Origin: Candidatus Saccharimonadota bacterium
Lineage (GTDB): Bacteria > Patescibacteriota > Gracilibacteria > BD1-5 > UBA2023
Assembly: GCA_963706795.1 (NCBI GenBank)
Contig: OY970170.1
Span: forward strand, 480,001 to 512,000
Length of the DNA stretch: 32,000 bases
Direction of reading: 5' to 3'
Shown here one piece after another: positions 8,921 through 18,090 of the stretch (position 1 is its first letter; every line of letters begins with the position of its first letter). Made by a program: the position numbers and the translations under genes. Below the pieces are notes generated by a model. The model saw only the letters and a list, made by a program, of their open reading frames with translations. It did not search any database and was not told the DNA's origin.

Positions 8921-8935
8921 GGGAAGGAAAAATAA

Positions 8936-9262
8936 TTATCGTGAAGACAGTTCGAGAGAAATATTGGAAGTTCTCTTGAGAATAGGATGCGAGCGACCAC
9001 GAGAGATCGGATTTCCACGCTTGTAGACGATACCCTTGTTGATGACAACAGAAGATACGATAAAAGCTGCAGAAGTCTGTGCATCGTTGTGCTTGGCATT
9101 GGCTACAGCGCTCGCAAGAGTCTTGTAGAGAATCCCTGCTGGCTTGTTGGGCATATACTTGAGAATATCAAGTGCCTTCTGAGCATCCATTCCGCGGATG
9201 ATCTTAGCGACAACCTGAGCCTTCTTCGGAGATATGCGTACGTTTCGAGTAAGAGCTTTCAT
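8936..9262 (-). CDS. rplV: 50S ribosomal protein L22 (uL22)
   Basis: ORF-track protein MKALTRNVRISPKKAQVVAKIIRG... Confidence 0.92.
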   Translation of the reverse strand: MKALTRNVRISPKKAQVVAKIIRGMDAQKALDILKYMPNKPAGILYKTLASAVANAKHNDAQTSAAFIVSSVVINKGIVYKRGNPISRGRSHPILKRTSNISLELSSR

Positions 9263-9271
9263 GAGAGGGAA

Positions 9272-9535
9272 TTACTTATTTCCTGAGTGAGAGATGAATC
9301 GTCGAGTGAATGAGAATTCACCAAGCTTGTGACCTACCATATCTTCTGTTACGAAAACTGGAGTGTGTACTTTACCATTGTGAACTCCGAAGGTGTGACC
9401 AACGAATTCTGGGGTAACAGTACAGTCACGTGCCCAAGTACGGATGACGGTCTTTTTTCCAGACTCGTTGAGCTTTGCAACTTTAGCCGCAAGCCTTACA
9501 TCGATATAGGGTCACTTTTTAAGACTACGTGTCAT
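9272..9535 (-). CDS. rpsS: 30S ribosomal protein S19 (uS19), 87 aa
   Basis: Absent from the standard-code track. Table-25 translation gives MTRSLKK-G-PYIDVRL...[29 protein letters not shown], with TGA 9512-9514 at the invariant Gly of the KKGP motif. Confidence 0.92.
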
Positions 9536-9559
9536 AAGATGAATGTAAATTGAGTACGA

Positions 9560-10405
9560 TTAACCAAGAAGCTTTCCACGACGAGTTCGAAGAACCCATT
9601 TGTCCGTGTCTTTGTTGCGTCGAGTGATCACTCCACGTGCGATCTTTCCCCAAGGTGTCTTCGGTCCTTTTCGCTGTCCGAGAGATTGGTGTCCTTCACC
9701 ACCTCCGTGTGGATGATCTACGGTGTTCATAGAAGATCCGAGGACAGTTGGTCGCTTACCGAGCCAACGATTACGTCCGGCCTTACCGATGACGATCATA
9801 TTGTGATCAACATTGGAAACAGTACCGATAGTTGCGTAACACTTCTTGTGAACCTTGCGGATTTCACCTGAAGGCATCTTTACCTGAGTGTATTCTCCTT
9901 CTTGAGAAAGAACAGTTCCTGAAGTTCCGGCAGATCGGATAGTGATCGCACCCTGACCAACGATGATTTCGAGGTTATATACCGCGAGACCAACTGGGAT
10001 GTTTGATACGAGCATACGATTACCTGGAACTGGCTTTGCAGTTGCAGCAGTAACGATCTTGTCGCCTACCTTCATATCCTTGTGAGCAAGAACATATCGT
10101 CGTTCTCCATCAACATAACATACGAGAGCGATATATCCAGTTCGGTATGGATCGTATTCGATCGTTTCTACCTTTGCAGGAACATCGAGCTTATCAGTGA
10201 ACTTGAAGTCAACGATACGATAGAGACGCTTGTGACCTCCACCTTGGTGACGTACCGAGATAGTACCAGAGTTGTTACGTCCTGCAGCTTCGAATTTCTT
10301 CGTAGTAAGAGGCTTGTAAGGCTCGTTCGTTGTAAGTTGATCGAAGGTATAGCCGGTCATCTCTCGACGGGACGGGGTATACGGATTATATTTCTTGACT
10401 GACAT
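9560..10405 (-). CDS. rplB: 50S ribosomal protein L2 (uL2)
   Basis: ORF-track protein ...GRNNSGTISVRHQGGGHKR...VDHPHGGGEG... Confidence 0.95.
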   Translation of the reverse strand: MSVKKYNPYTPSRREMTGYTFDQLTTNEPYKPLTTKKFEAAGRNNSGTISVRHQGGGHKRLYRIVDFKFTDKLDVPAKVETIEYDPYRTGYIALVCYVDGERRYVLAHKDMKVGDKIVTAATAKPVPGNRMLVSNIPVGLAVYNLEIIVGQGAITIRSAGTSGTVLSQEGEYTQVKMPSGEIRKVHKKCYATIGTVSNVDHNMIVIGKAGRNRWLGKRPTVLGSSMNTVDHPHGGGEGHQSLGQRKGPKTPWGKIARGVITRRNKDTDKWVLRTRRGKLLG

Positions 10406-10423
10406 AGGGAAATTTTGGGAAGA

Positions 10424-10723
10424 CTATTTCACGGAAATTTTCTGGAGATCGGCAATACGTGCATTATCAGCGAGCGTAACGAGAGCCTTAGAAGACTCCT
10501 TGCGCTTGATCTGAACACCGTGCTTTCCATTTACGCGGAATTTTGCGCGAGTGCGGATCATATTGACCTTATCGACCTTGACGTTGTAGAGTTTTTCAAC
10601 TGCAGAACGAACATCAACCTTCGTTGCTCGGTCATCAACAATGAGTGTGTAAACACCTCTGAGTTCGAGACGCTGAGACTTTTCGGTAATAACCGGCTTT
10701 TTAAGAATCGAGTAGACTGACAT
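10424..10723 (-). CDS. rplW: 50S ribosomal protein L23 (uL23)
   Basis: 99-aa ORF-track protein lying between rplD and rplB; ...ILKKPVITEKS... Confidence 0.9.
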   Translation of the reverse strand: MSVYSILKKPVITEKSQRLELRGVYTLIVDDRATKVDVRSAVEKLYNVKVDKVNMIRTRAKFRVNGKHGVQIKRKESSKALVTLADNARIADLQKISVK

Positions 10724-10732
10724 AAGAGGAAA

Positions 10733-11356
10733 TTACTTGGCGTAATGAGAGAGAATGAGATCAAGTGAGTCCTTCGTGAGAACGAGATCCTTGTACTTGA
10801 GGAGGTCTTTTGGATTGAGGTAGTTAACACCGATAACTTTTACGTTTGGGATGTTACGACCAGCCTGGAATGCTGATGCATCTTCTGGGCGAACTGCGAA
10901 TACTGCAGAAACACTTCCAAGATTTGCGAAGATTTCGATCATATCCTTCGTCTTTACGACGTTAGATGAGATGGACTCGAGAACCTTTACATTTGCAGAC
11001 CCTGCCTTTGCAGAAAGGAGAGAGAAGAGAGCGATACGACGCTCTTTCTTGTTCATGCGAGTTGAGAAGTCACGGTCGTTTCGGGGTCCGAAAGCGATAC
11101 CTCCACCTCGTCGAGTTGGAGAACGTGCGTCACCTACTCGAGCCTGACCAGTACCCTTTTGTGCGTAGAGTTTGCGAGTAGAACCATTTCGTTCTCCGCG
11201 AGTCTTTGTATGAGCGATTGGAGTGCGGGCATTTGCCTGCTGAAGGAGAAGAAGGCGGTGAATAAGTCCTGAATTAACCTCACGACCGAATACGGTAGTA
11301 TCGAGCTTAATTTTTCCAGATTCGAGACCTTTCTCGTTAAAAAGAACTGCTTCCAT
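10733..11356 (-). CDS. rplD: 50S ribosomal protein L4 (uL4)
   Basis: ORF-track protein ...QKGTGQARVGDARSPTRRGGGIAFGP... Confidence 0.93.
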   Translation of the reverse strand: MEAVLFNEKGLESGKIKLDTTVFGREVNSGLIHRLLLLQQANARTPIAHTKTRGERNGSTRKLYAQKGTGQARVGDARSPTRRGGGIAFGPRNDRDFSTRMNKKERRIALFSLLSAKAGSANVKVLESISSNVVKTKDMIEIFANLGSVSAVFAVRPEDASAFQAGRNIPNVKVIGVNYLNPKDLLKYKDLVLTKDSLDLILSHYAK

Positions 11357-11361
11357 GTGAA

Positions 11362-11916
11362 TTAGAAATTGAATACGAGAACTGAATTTCGAGCTCCTGG
11401 AATTGGACCGCGTACTGCGATAATCCCGAGCTCCTTGTTGACGAGTTCAACAGGAACTTTTTTGAGTGTGACAGTGTCAGTACCCATGTGTCCGTGCATC
11501 TTCTGTCCTGGTTTTGTTCGGCGTGGCTTACGCGTACCGATAGAACCGAGTGCTCGGTGGAATTTTGATCCGTGTCCAGCAGGACCTCCAGAGAAGTTGT
11601 GGCGCTTCATCGCACCAGCAAAACCCTTACCCTTAGAGATACCACGAACAGTAAGTGTCTCGATGCCATCAAGGACATCAATAGTAACTGCATCGCCAGC
11701 CTTGAGTGATGTGAGAGCTCCACTGTATGGAACTTCGTGCATCTCAGTACGCTTACCGAATGTAGATTCGAGGACTACTGCCTCGTAACCATCGATAGCG
11801 ACTGTCTTGATCTGAGCGATCTTAGTCACTGGAAATTTAACGAGCGTTACAGGTACGAACGCTTCGCCTTTGAGAAGTCGAGTCATCTCGAGCTTCGATA
11901 CAACGATTCAAGCCAT
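11362..11916 (-). CDS. rplC: 50S ribosomal protein L3 (uL3), 184 aa
   Basis: ORF track 11362-11886 extended upstream through TGA 11908-11910 to ATG 11916. The N-terminus is MA-G-IVVSKLEMTRLL..., and the protein carries ...KGKGFAGAMKRHNFSGGPAGHGS... Confidence 0.92.
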
Positions 11917-11944
11917 AATAATGCAAAATAAATTAGAGGTTGAT

Positions 11945-11975
11945 TTGCATCCTTTCGACTGAAGAGGATCTGCAA
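11945..11975 (-). promoter_or_regulatory. Leader hairpin in the rplC 5'UTR
   Basis: The minus strand reads TTGC(AG)ATCCT-CTTCAGTCGAA-AGGATGCAA, a 9-bp stem with a 2-nt bulge. It lies between the predicted promoter and the rplC ATG. Confidence 0.3.
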
Positions 11976-12007
11976 AGCAACGTAATTCTTCTATTTGAAG
12001 TGGGCAC

Positions 12008-12035
12008 ATTCTATGAAAAACCGCATGGGTGTCAA
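12008..12035 (-). promoter_or_regulatory. Sigma70-type promoter for the rplC-secY operon
   Basis: The minus strand reads TTGACA (12035-12030), a 16-nt spacer, then TAGAAT (12013-12008), about 90 nt upstream of the rplC ATG. Confidence 0.55.
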
Positions 12036-12143
12036 AAGATATTTACACGGTTTATGGAGGCCTCTTTTTTGTTTGACAAGTAAATCGAAAGTGAGAGACT
12101 AATCCGATTTGTTTTCCAAATCATACACCTAATCAAATCCAGC

Positions 12144-12926
12144 ATGAACCGAATTAGTTACAATCTCGATGATACCACTACGATCATCACCGGTGGCTCA
12201 AGCGGAATAGGGCTCGCAACCGCAGAGCTCGTCGCCAAATCAGGCGGACACGTCATCGTGACCGAAAGTCGCACCCCAGAAAAAACTGCTCTCGCACTCG
12301 AACGCATCAAGAATGCACGGATTAATCCCACGACTGAAGTCTTGGCTTTGCCATACGAAGCCTCTGATGAGGATTCTGCGGCAAAATTCTTTGAGACTGT
12401 GAAAAATATTGGTCGACGTATCGATTATCTTGTACACGGCATCGCCTTTAGCCCAGATACCCCTTTTGAGAAGCAAACAGCTGCACTCTGGAACAAAGTG
12501 CACGAAGTAAATAGTACAGGGGCCTTCATTGCTCTGCAGCAAGCATGGAAGGTAATGGAACATCAGGAGATCATTGACAAGGCCAGAGGAAGAATAGTGC
12601 TTATTACGTCAACCAATGGAATTGATAGTTATGGATCCTTCTCGGCACCATATGATGATTCGAAGTGAGGCAATAATACGACGGTGCGCAATCTTGGAGA
12701 ACTGTTCCATAAAGAATATAAGATTATCCTAAACGGATTCGCACCAGGCTGGGTAGATACCGGTATGAATGATACGCTCACACCAGAAGATCGAGCAAAA
12801 GAATCAGAAAAGATCTGGTCGGGTGAATGGGCAACTCCCGAAGAGATGGCTATAAATATCATTGCGCTACTCCTTCTCCCTTATAAATCAGGTCGGGTGG
12901 ATGTCGCAGACGGCGGATACCGCTAG
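12144..12926 (+). CDS. Short-chain dehydrogenase/reductase (SDR), 260 aa
   Basis: ORFs 12144-12668 and 12684-12926 are in the same frame and join through TGA 12666-12668. Cofactor motif TGGSSGIG, catalytic Y-DDS-K followed by the UGA-encoded Gly. The stop is TAG. Confidence 0.85.
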
Positions 12927-12930
12927 TCAT

Positions 12931-12965
12931 AATAAATAATCCCGCAGATTGCGGGATTATTTATT
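12931..12965. terminator. Bidirectional terminator (long AT-flanked palindrome) between convergent genes
   Basis: AATAAATAATCCCGC-AGATT-GCGGGATTATTTATT, a perfect 15-bp arm. It overlaps the last codons of the minus-strand gene. Confidence 0.65.
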
Positions 12966-13418
12966 ATCATCTATGGTTGTCAGATCGTGGATTTGAGCCT
13001 CGATACTCGTCTTGAGGTAGAAGTAGACACCGAGGAGAATCTTCTTGCGGTTTTCGGAGACATCCGCATCGGCGAGTGCGTCGAGTTTGTCATCGAGATC
13101 GGCACGGACCTTGGTGAGAATTTTGATCTGAGCATCGCGATCGCCCTTAGTAGCAATACGGATATTGTCATAGAGCTCATTGAGTGTCTTGTCGAGGCGA
13201 GCTTTATATGAATCAATGATGAGCATGTTGACATCATCGATTGCGCGCTGTTTTTCGACGGATTCAGCTTTTTCGGCCTTTTCGACTAGCTTATCATCGG
13301 GCACTGAGGCAATTTGTGGCTTTACTACCTTGGTTGTTGTCTTGGAGTTTGCAGCAAGAGCACTCGGTGCGGAGACGAGTACTACAAAAAAAATAAGCGC
13401 GGCAAGAAGAGAACGCAT
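12957..13418 (-). CDS. Secreted hypothetical protein (signal peptide plus a charged helical or coiled-coil region)
   Basis: ORF-track protein MRSLLAALIFFVVLVSAPSALA-ANSK... with an A-x-A signal cleavage motif. It is the last gene of the permease/two-component operon. Confidence 0.6.
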   Translation of the reverse strand: MRSLLAALIFFVVLVSAPSALAANSKTTTKVVKPQIASVPDDKLVEKAEKAESVEKQRAIDDVNMLIIDSYKARLDKTLNELYDNIRIATKGDRDAQIKILTKVRADLDDKLDALADADVSENRKKILLGVYFYLKTSIEAQIHDLTTIDDNK

Positions 13419-13485
13419 GCACTATGTATACCCCCCTTTGCGCAGAATGCAAAGCGCCAAAGTGAATAATTCGTGAAGAGGCAAA

Positions 13486-14823
13486 TTATTCGACGAACGT
13501 GATCCTGAGACTAAAGCCTCGTTCGATATCACTCTGGATTTGGAGTGTCCCTCCATGGATTTTGGCGATCTTATCGACGATCGAGAGCCCGATACCGATA
13601 CCGCGCGCAGAGCCTCCAGTTCGAGCAGAATCCTCTTGATAAAACTTCTCATGCAAAAATGGAATACTCGCACGCTTTACTCCGTGTCCATTGTCCGAAA
13701 ATACCATCTGAACAAGGCCCAAACGTCGCGAACACTTGATGTTCAGCGTCGTATTCGGACCTGCGTATTTGAGGAAATTTGAGATGATATTATGAGCAAG
13801 TCTGAGAATGTAATTTCGTTCAAGATTCACGATGAATGGCTCGGTTTTATCAAATATGATGGACTGGCAACTTTTGGCGAGACTTGGCGAATATTCTTTT
13901 TCGAGGAAGGCGCAGAGCTCATTGAAGTCGAAATTGGAACGTTTTGGCTTTTCTCATTCGGTGGCAGCGAGGCGCTCGTATTCCATCATTGAATCCGTCG
14001 TCATAATGATGCGTTCGATCTCAGAGCGAACAATGGACATTCATTCGGCATCGAGTTGCACTACGCCATCCTCAACTCACTCGAGAAATATTTTGAGCGC
14101 GGTTACGGGTGTCTTGATCTCATGCGAAAAATCCGAGAGGAAATCCGAGCGGATTTTTTCTTGGCGAGCGAGATTTGCTGATAGCGTGTTTGCCGCAGCG
14201 ACAAGTGGTGCAAATTCGTCTGTGCGGGTATAGACGACCGGCGAATAGTCTCGGCTCTCTGTCAGTTTTGCAAGTCGCTCAGAGATCGCAAAAGTCGGTT
14301 TAAAAATAACTCGCGTCCAGATATAGGTAATCACGAGGATGAGCGAGATGAGTCCGATATTAACCACAAAAAGCATGAGGAGCATTCGCAACAGGAAGTG
14401 CTGCTCAGGCGTCTCATCCTTTGAGAGTACGATCGAGACGAGATTTCGGAGGAAATTTTCGACGCTATTGAGGAAGAGAACTTCTTTGATGGTATCTGTC
14501 GCAAATCCTATTTTTTGAAGGGATTCGAAGGTACTATTATTGATTTTTTGTGGAACCGGAACGTAGGACTCGAGAGACTTCGAGAGAGACTTGAGATCCT
14601 CGAGGGTGAGGCGGTATTCTTCGATGGTCGCTGGATCGAGATCCTTTGAGGCTATGAAGGCATTGATGAGCGAATATTCATCATTGGGAAACTCCTTTCG
14701 AACTTCTTCGACATAGTCATGAAAATAGCGTGGTGCAAAATAGACAACACTCGCAATATTCCCGATGATGAGGAGCACCATCGAGACAGAGAGAAAGGCG
14801 ATGAATTTTTGCGAAAAGCGCAT
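13486..14823 (-). CDS. Sensor histidine kinase, 445 aa
   Basis: ORFs 14077-14823 and 13486-13830 plus the segment between them form one frame through three TGA codons (14077, 14041, 13954). It has two TM segments, the H-box FLSDFSHEIKTPVTAL, and an HATPase domain with ...DNGHGV... and GIGIGLSIV. The stop is TAA. Confidence 0.88.
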
Positions 14824-14854
14824 GAAAGCAATAGAGATCTACAGGAATTTCTAA

Positions 14855-15529
14855 CTACAAACTTGGTGCCGTGAGTCGGTATCCAACTGCTCGTATCGTC
14901 TCAATATCGAGGACTCCGTCAAATTTTTTGCGGAGATTTTTGATATGAGTATCAATCGTTCGATCTGAGAGATAGCGTTCATAGCCAATAATCTCCTTCA
15001 TGAGGGTTTCTCGCTCGACAACTTCACCGAGATGAATAACAAGATGCGAGAGGAGCTCAAATTCGGTCTTCGTAAGCTTTACTTCCTCAGTGCCATTCGT
15101 GACGCGATAGAGCGAGAAAGAGATCGTGACAGGGCCGACTTTTGCTTCCTCGGTTTTTGCTTTGAGGCCGTTGGATCGCATGAGATGACGATTGACACGG
15201 GCAATGAGTTCTCGCGCAGAGAATGGCTTGGGGATATAGTCATCTGCACCGTATTCGAGACATGTGACCTTGTCGTCTTCGCTCGCACGCGCGGAGAGCA
15301 TGAGGATGGGCGCATGCGTCTCAGCGCGCATAACGAGACAGAGCTCAAATCCAGACATTCCTGGGAGATTGATATCGAGGATTACGAGATCGGGTTTGGT
15401 CTCACGAAATATCGCAAGCGCCTGATCTCCACGAACCGCAAGCACAACGCGATACTGTTCACGCTCGAGATATTGCACCAGCATGGACGAGATCGTGAGA
15501 TCGTCTTCGACGAGAAGAATGGTCTGCAT
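14855..15529 (-). CDS. OmpR/PhoB-family response regulator
   Basis: ORF-track protein with receiver motifs LLVEDD, DLVILDINLPGMSG and KPF, plus a winged-helix C-terminus ...IRAVGYRL. Confidence 0.92.
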   Translation of the reverse strand: MQTILLVEDDLTISSMLVQYLEREQYRVVLAVRGDQALAIFRETKPDLVILDINLPGMSGFELCLVMRAETHAPILMLSARASEDDKVTCLEYGADDYIPKPFSARELIARVNRHLMRSNGLKAKTEEAKVGPVTISFSLYRVTNGTEEVKLTKTEFELLSHLVIHLGEVVERETLMKEIIGYERYLSDRTIDTHIKNLRKKFDGVLDIETIRAVGYRLTAPSL

Positions 15530-15532
15530 ATT

Positions 15533-16717
15533 TTAGGATTTAATTTTTTTGAGTTTTGAAATGAGTCATTTTGATGTGTTTTGTGGGAAAAATACAATCT
15601 TGAGGATCGCGAGTACTGGAAGTGTAAAGAGGACTCCAAAGAGACCAAAGAGACTTCCTGCAAGTGCCATAGATACGAGCACGGTGAAATTAGAGAGATC
15701 GAGCGCATGTCCTTGGATGCGGGGTACAAGGAAAAGATTTTCGATTTCTTGAATCATAAAATACATGATCGCCACAGCACCGACTGCTACCGGACCAAGC
15801 GACAAGGCGATGATGAGCGCTGGAATAGAAGCAATGATCGGCCCAATTACCGGAACAAGCTCACAGATCGCCGCGATAAACGCAAGCGAAAAATGTCCAC
15901 GAATATTGATCCCGAATACCCATTCGAGGATGTAGAGCCCAACATAGGTTGCAACAAAAATTGAACACGACAGCAAGAACTGCCCACGAATCCATGTAAG
16001 GAGAAGTCGGTCTACATCAGGAGTGACTTCCTTGAGCTTTTTTTCGACATCTGAAGGTAAGAGCGAAAGGCAGAAGTGGTAGACCTCTTTACGCTCTAAG
16101 GCGAGGAAGAAAGTGATGGCAAATACAAATCCTGCTGTCGATATCTTGCCAAAAAGACCCCAGACTCCCGATCCAAGCGTGCCTGCAATTCCCGAAAGGC
16201 TATCCGAAAACCAAGTGAGGATCTCTTTGCCATGATTTTGCACAAAGCCTATAATCGCCTGCTTATCGATATCGAGCCCACTGACATTGAGGAGCGTAAT
16301 CCCTGGAATGGCGCTAATATCACCCTGTGCGAACTTGTCCGACATATTTTGCACCCAATCCTTGACTATGCCGGCAAAATTGATGAATTCTGTCGAGATA
16401 ATCGGCACGACTGCAAACAAAAAGAGGAGAATGAATGCAAAAAATAGGACATATAATGCAATGAGTGCCAACCACGCTGGGACTCATTTTTGCTCCGCCC
16501 GTGTGAGAATCGGAGAAATAAGCGTTACTAGAAGCCCCGCAAAGAGTACGGCGATAACAATATCGCCAGCAATATATATCGCCCAAAGCACGACTGCAAA
16601 TACCGTGATCGTCACAAGACGCAAGAGGAAGTTTGTAATTTCGGATGATTTCATAAGCCCATGATAGAGAGAACCGCACTGTTGTAAACTGGGAAGCAAG
16701 AACGGAGATTTTGACAT
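15533..16717 (-). CDS. AI-2E family (PerM/UPF0118) membrane transporter, 394 aa
   Basis: ORFs 16484-16723 and 15566-16471 join through TGA 16484-16486. The C-terminus extends through TGA 15566-15568 to TAA 15533-15535, 3 nt before the response-regulator ATG. It is a multi-TM protein with ...ELVPVIGPIIASIPALIIAL.... I prefer the ATG at 16717 to the TTG at 16723. Confidence 0.8.
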
Positions 16718-16738
16718 ATACAAATTAGTGCATATAAA
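16711..16738 (+). promoter_or_regulatory. Sigma70-type promoter for the hypothetical gene at 16780
   Basis: TTGACA (16711-16716), a 16-nt spacer, then TATAAA (16733-16738). The downstream leader carries the purine tract GAAAGGAAGG 8 nt before the ATG. Confidence 0.55.
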
Positions 16739-16779
16739 TCACTCACCAAAACCAAACAAACACGAAAGGAAGGTAGACT

Positions 16780-17649
16780 ATGAATCACTTAACTGAAACT
16801 TTTCGCAAAACTTTAGCCAAGTGGGAAGGTGGCAAGAAAAGACATCTCTCCAGACTGGTCGAAGGTGGACGTGGAGCTTACGCATATGAATTTCTGCAAA
16901 CACTCCTTGAAGTTACCCACACAGGGAGTTTCGTCGAAATAAAATGTCAGTTACATATTCTGACAAGTTTCATTAGCAAAGACAAGGCTCTGGAACAAAT
17001 CACATACCATGACTCGGTATTCCGCAAGAATCTTTACAATCTCTCACGGGTTCTAGTTACCGAAATCAAAGAAAGGAGCAAACGCCAATTCACGCCTGAC
17101 TTTCGGACAGCAATATCTCTCTGGGGCGAAACAAGAAAGAAATTCGAAGATTTGGATAAAGAAGATCAGTATACTCTTCTGACTGAATTTTTTCATAACC
17201 TCCATGATATGGCCGACTTTGGCCAAGCAGAAGAGAGATTTAGCCAACTATCAAGCGTACTGCGCTTGATAGAAATGAAAAAGCAAAGGGCTAAAGACAA
17301 GGACAAAGAGATCTGGTGGACAATGGATCAGTATCCGGTTATAGACCTTCTAAAGAAGGCTCTCATTACACAAATAGGCGAAATCCAAAAATTCCCAACC
17401 GCCAGAATACAAAAGATGCCTGAACAATTGCCTCTTCTCGAAGAAGCATGAGTCATGGCAGAAGTACTTATCGGACAGCATGAACTGTCCGATTTTTTTA
17501 TGGCAAATTTTGACAAAAATCCTCTCACGGATACGCTTATCTCAACGACTATTTTTCGAGAGCACTATGCCACTTCGATTTGCTACATATTTTTTCTTCT
17601 TTTTCTTTCAGAGCCAGCTGAAGGGTATGTTTGTATAGTCTATCAATAG
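16780..17649 (+). CDS. Hypothetical, predicted all-helical protein, 289 aa under table 25
   Basis: ORFs 16780-17451 and 17455-17649 are in the same frame and join through TGA 17449-17451. An intrinsic terminator follows the TAG at 17647-17649, not the TGA. I recognise no motif. Confidence 0.55.
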
Positions 17650-17663
17650 AATACAGAAACCTG

Positions 17664-17690
17664 TCCTTCAGCCCAACTGGAGGATTTTTT
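17664..17690 (+). terminator. Rho-independent terminator
   Basis: TCCTTCAG-CCCAA-CTGGAGGA (8 bp with one G-U pair) followed by TTTTTT. Confidence 0.6.
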
Positions 17691-17709
17691 ATAGCTTTAT
17701 TTCTCTCTT

Positions 17710-18054
17710 ATGTCATCAAATAGCCAACTCTCTCCCATAGAACAAAAATTCTGGGAACTCTACTCTGGTGCGGATAGCCAGTATCCATATCAGACGCTTC
17801 GTGATGGTATTCGCAAATCAGCCATGACCCTCCTTATTGAAGCTCATCCAGAAATGCCCGTTGATCTTGAATGTGTGATTACGCTCATCAGCGAACGAGC
17901 AAAGTCACTTGCTACTCCCTCTCGCGAATACCAAGATGCACTGAAACAACTCGAATCACTCTGAACAAACGAAACTGCGGTCATCGCACGAATTCGAGGT
18001 CGCTACCAAAGAACACTGATTGTTTCAAAAGACGAAGAACTCGTTTCGTTGTAG
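17710..18054 (+). CDS. Hypothetical protein, 114 aa under table 25
   Basis: ORF 17710-17964 extended through TGA 17962-17964 to TAG 18052-18054. I recognise no motif. Confidence 0.5.
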
Positions 18055-18060
18055 TATTAA

Positions 18061-18090
18061 AAAAACCTCCAGATTTCTGGAGGTTTTATT
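18061..18090. terminator. Bidirectional rho-independent terminator between convergent genes
   Basis: AAAAA-CCTCCAG-ATTT-CTGGAGG-TTTTATTTTATT, sitting directly next to the gyrA stop (TAA 18091-18093). Confidence 0.75.

Noticed and set aside
17449-17451. The TGA at the end of ORF 16780-17451 as a genuine stop, on the idea that this is a foreign standard-code gene.
   Set aside because: The downstream ORF is in the same frame, the intrinsic terminator follows the TAG at 17649, and no other TGA in the window behaves as a stop. This stays an open question and is flagged in the findings.
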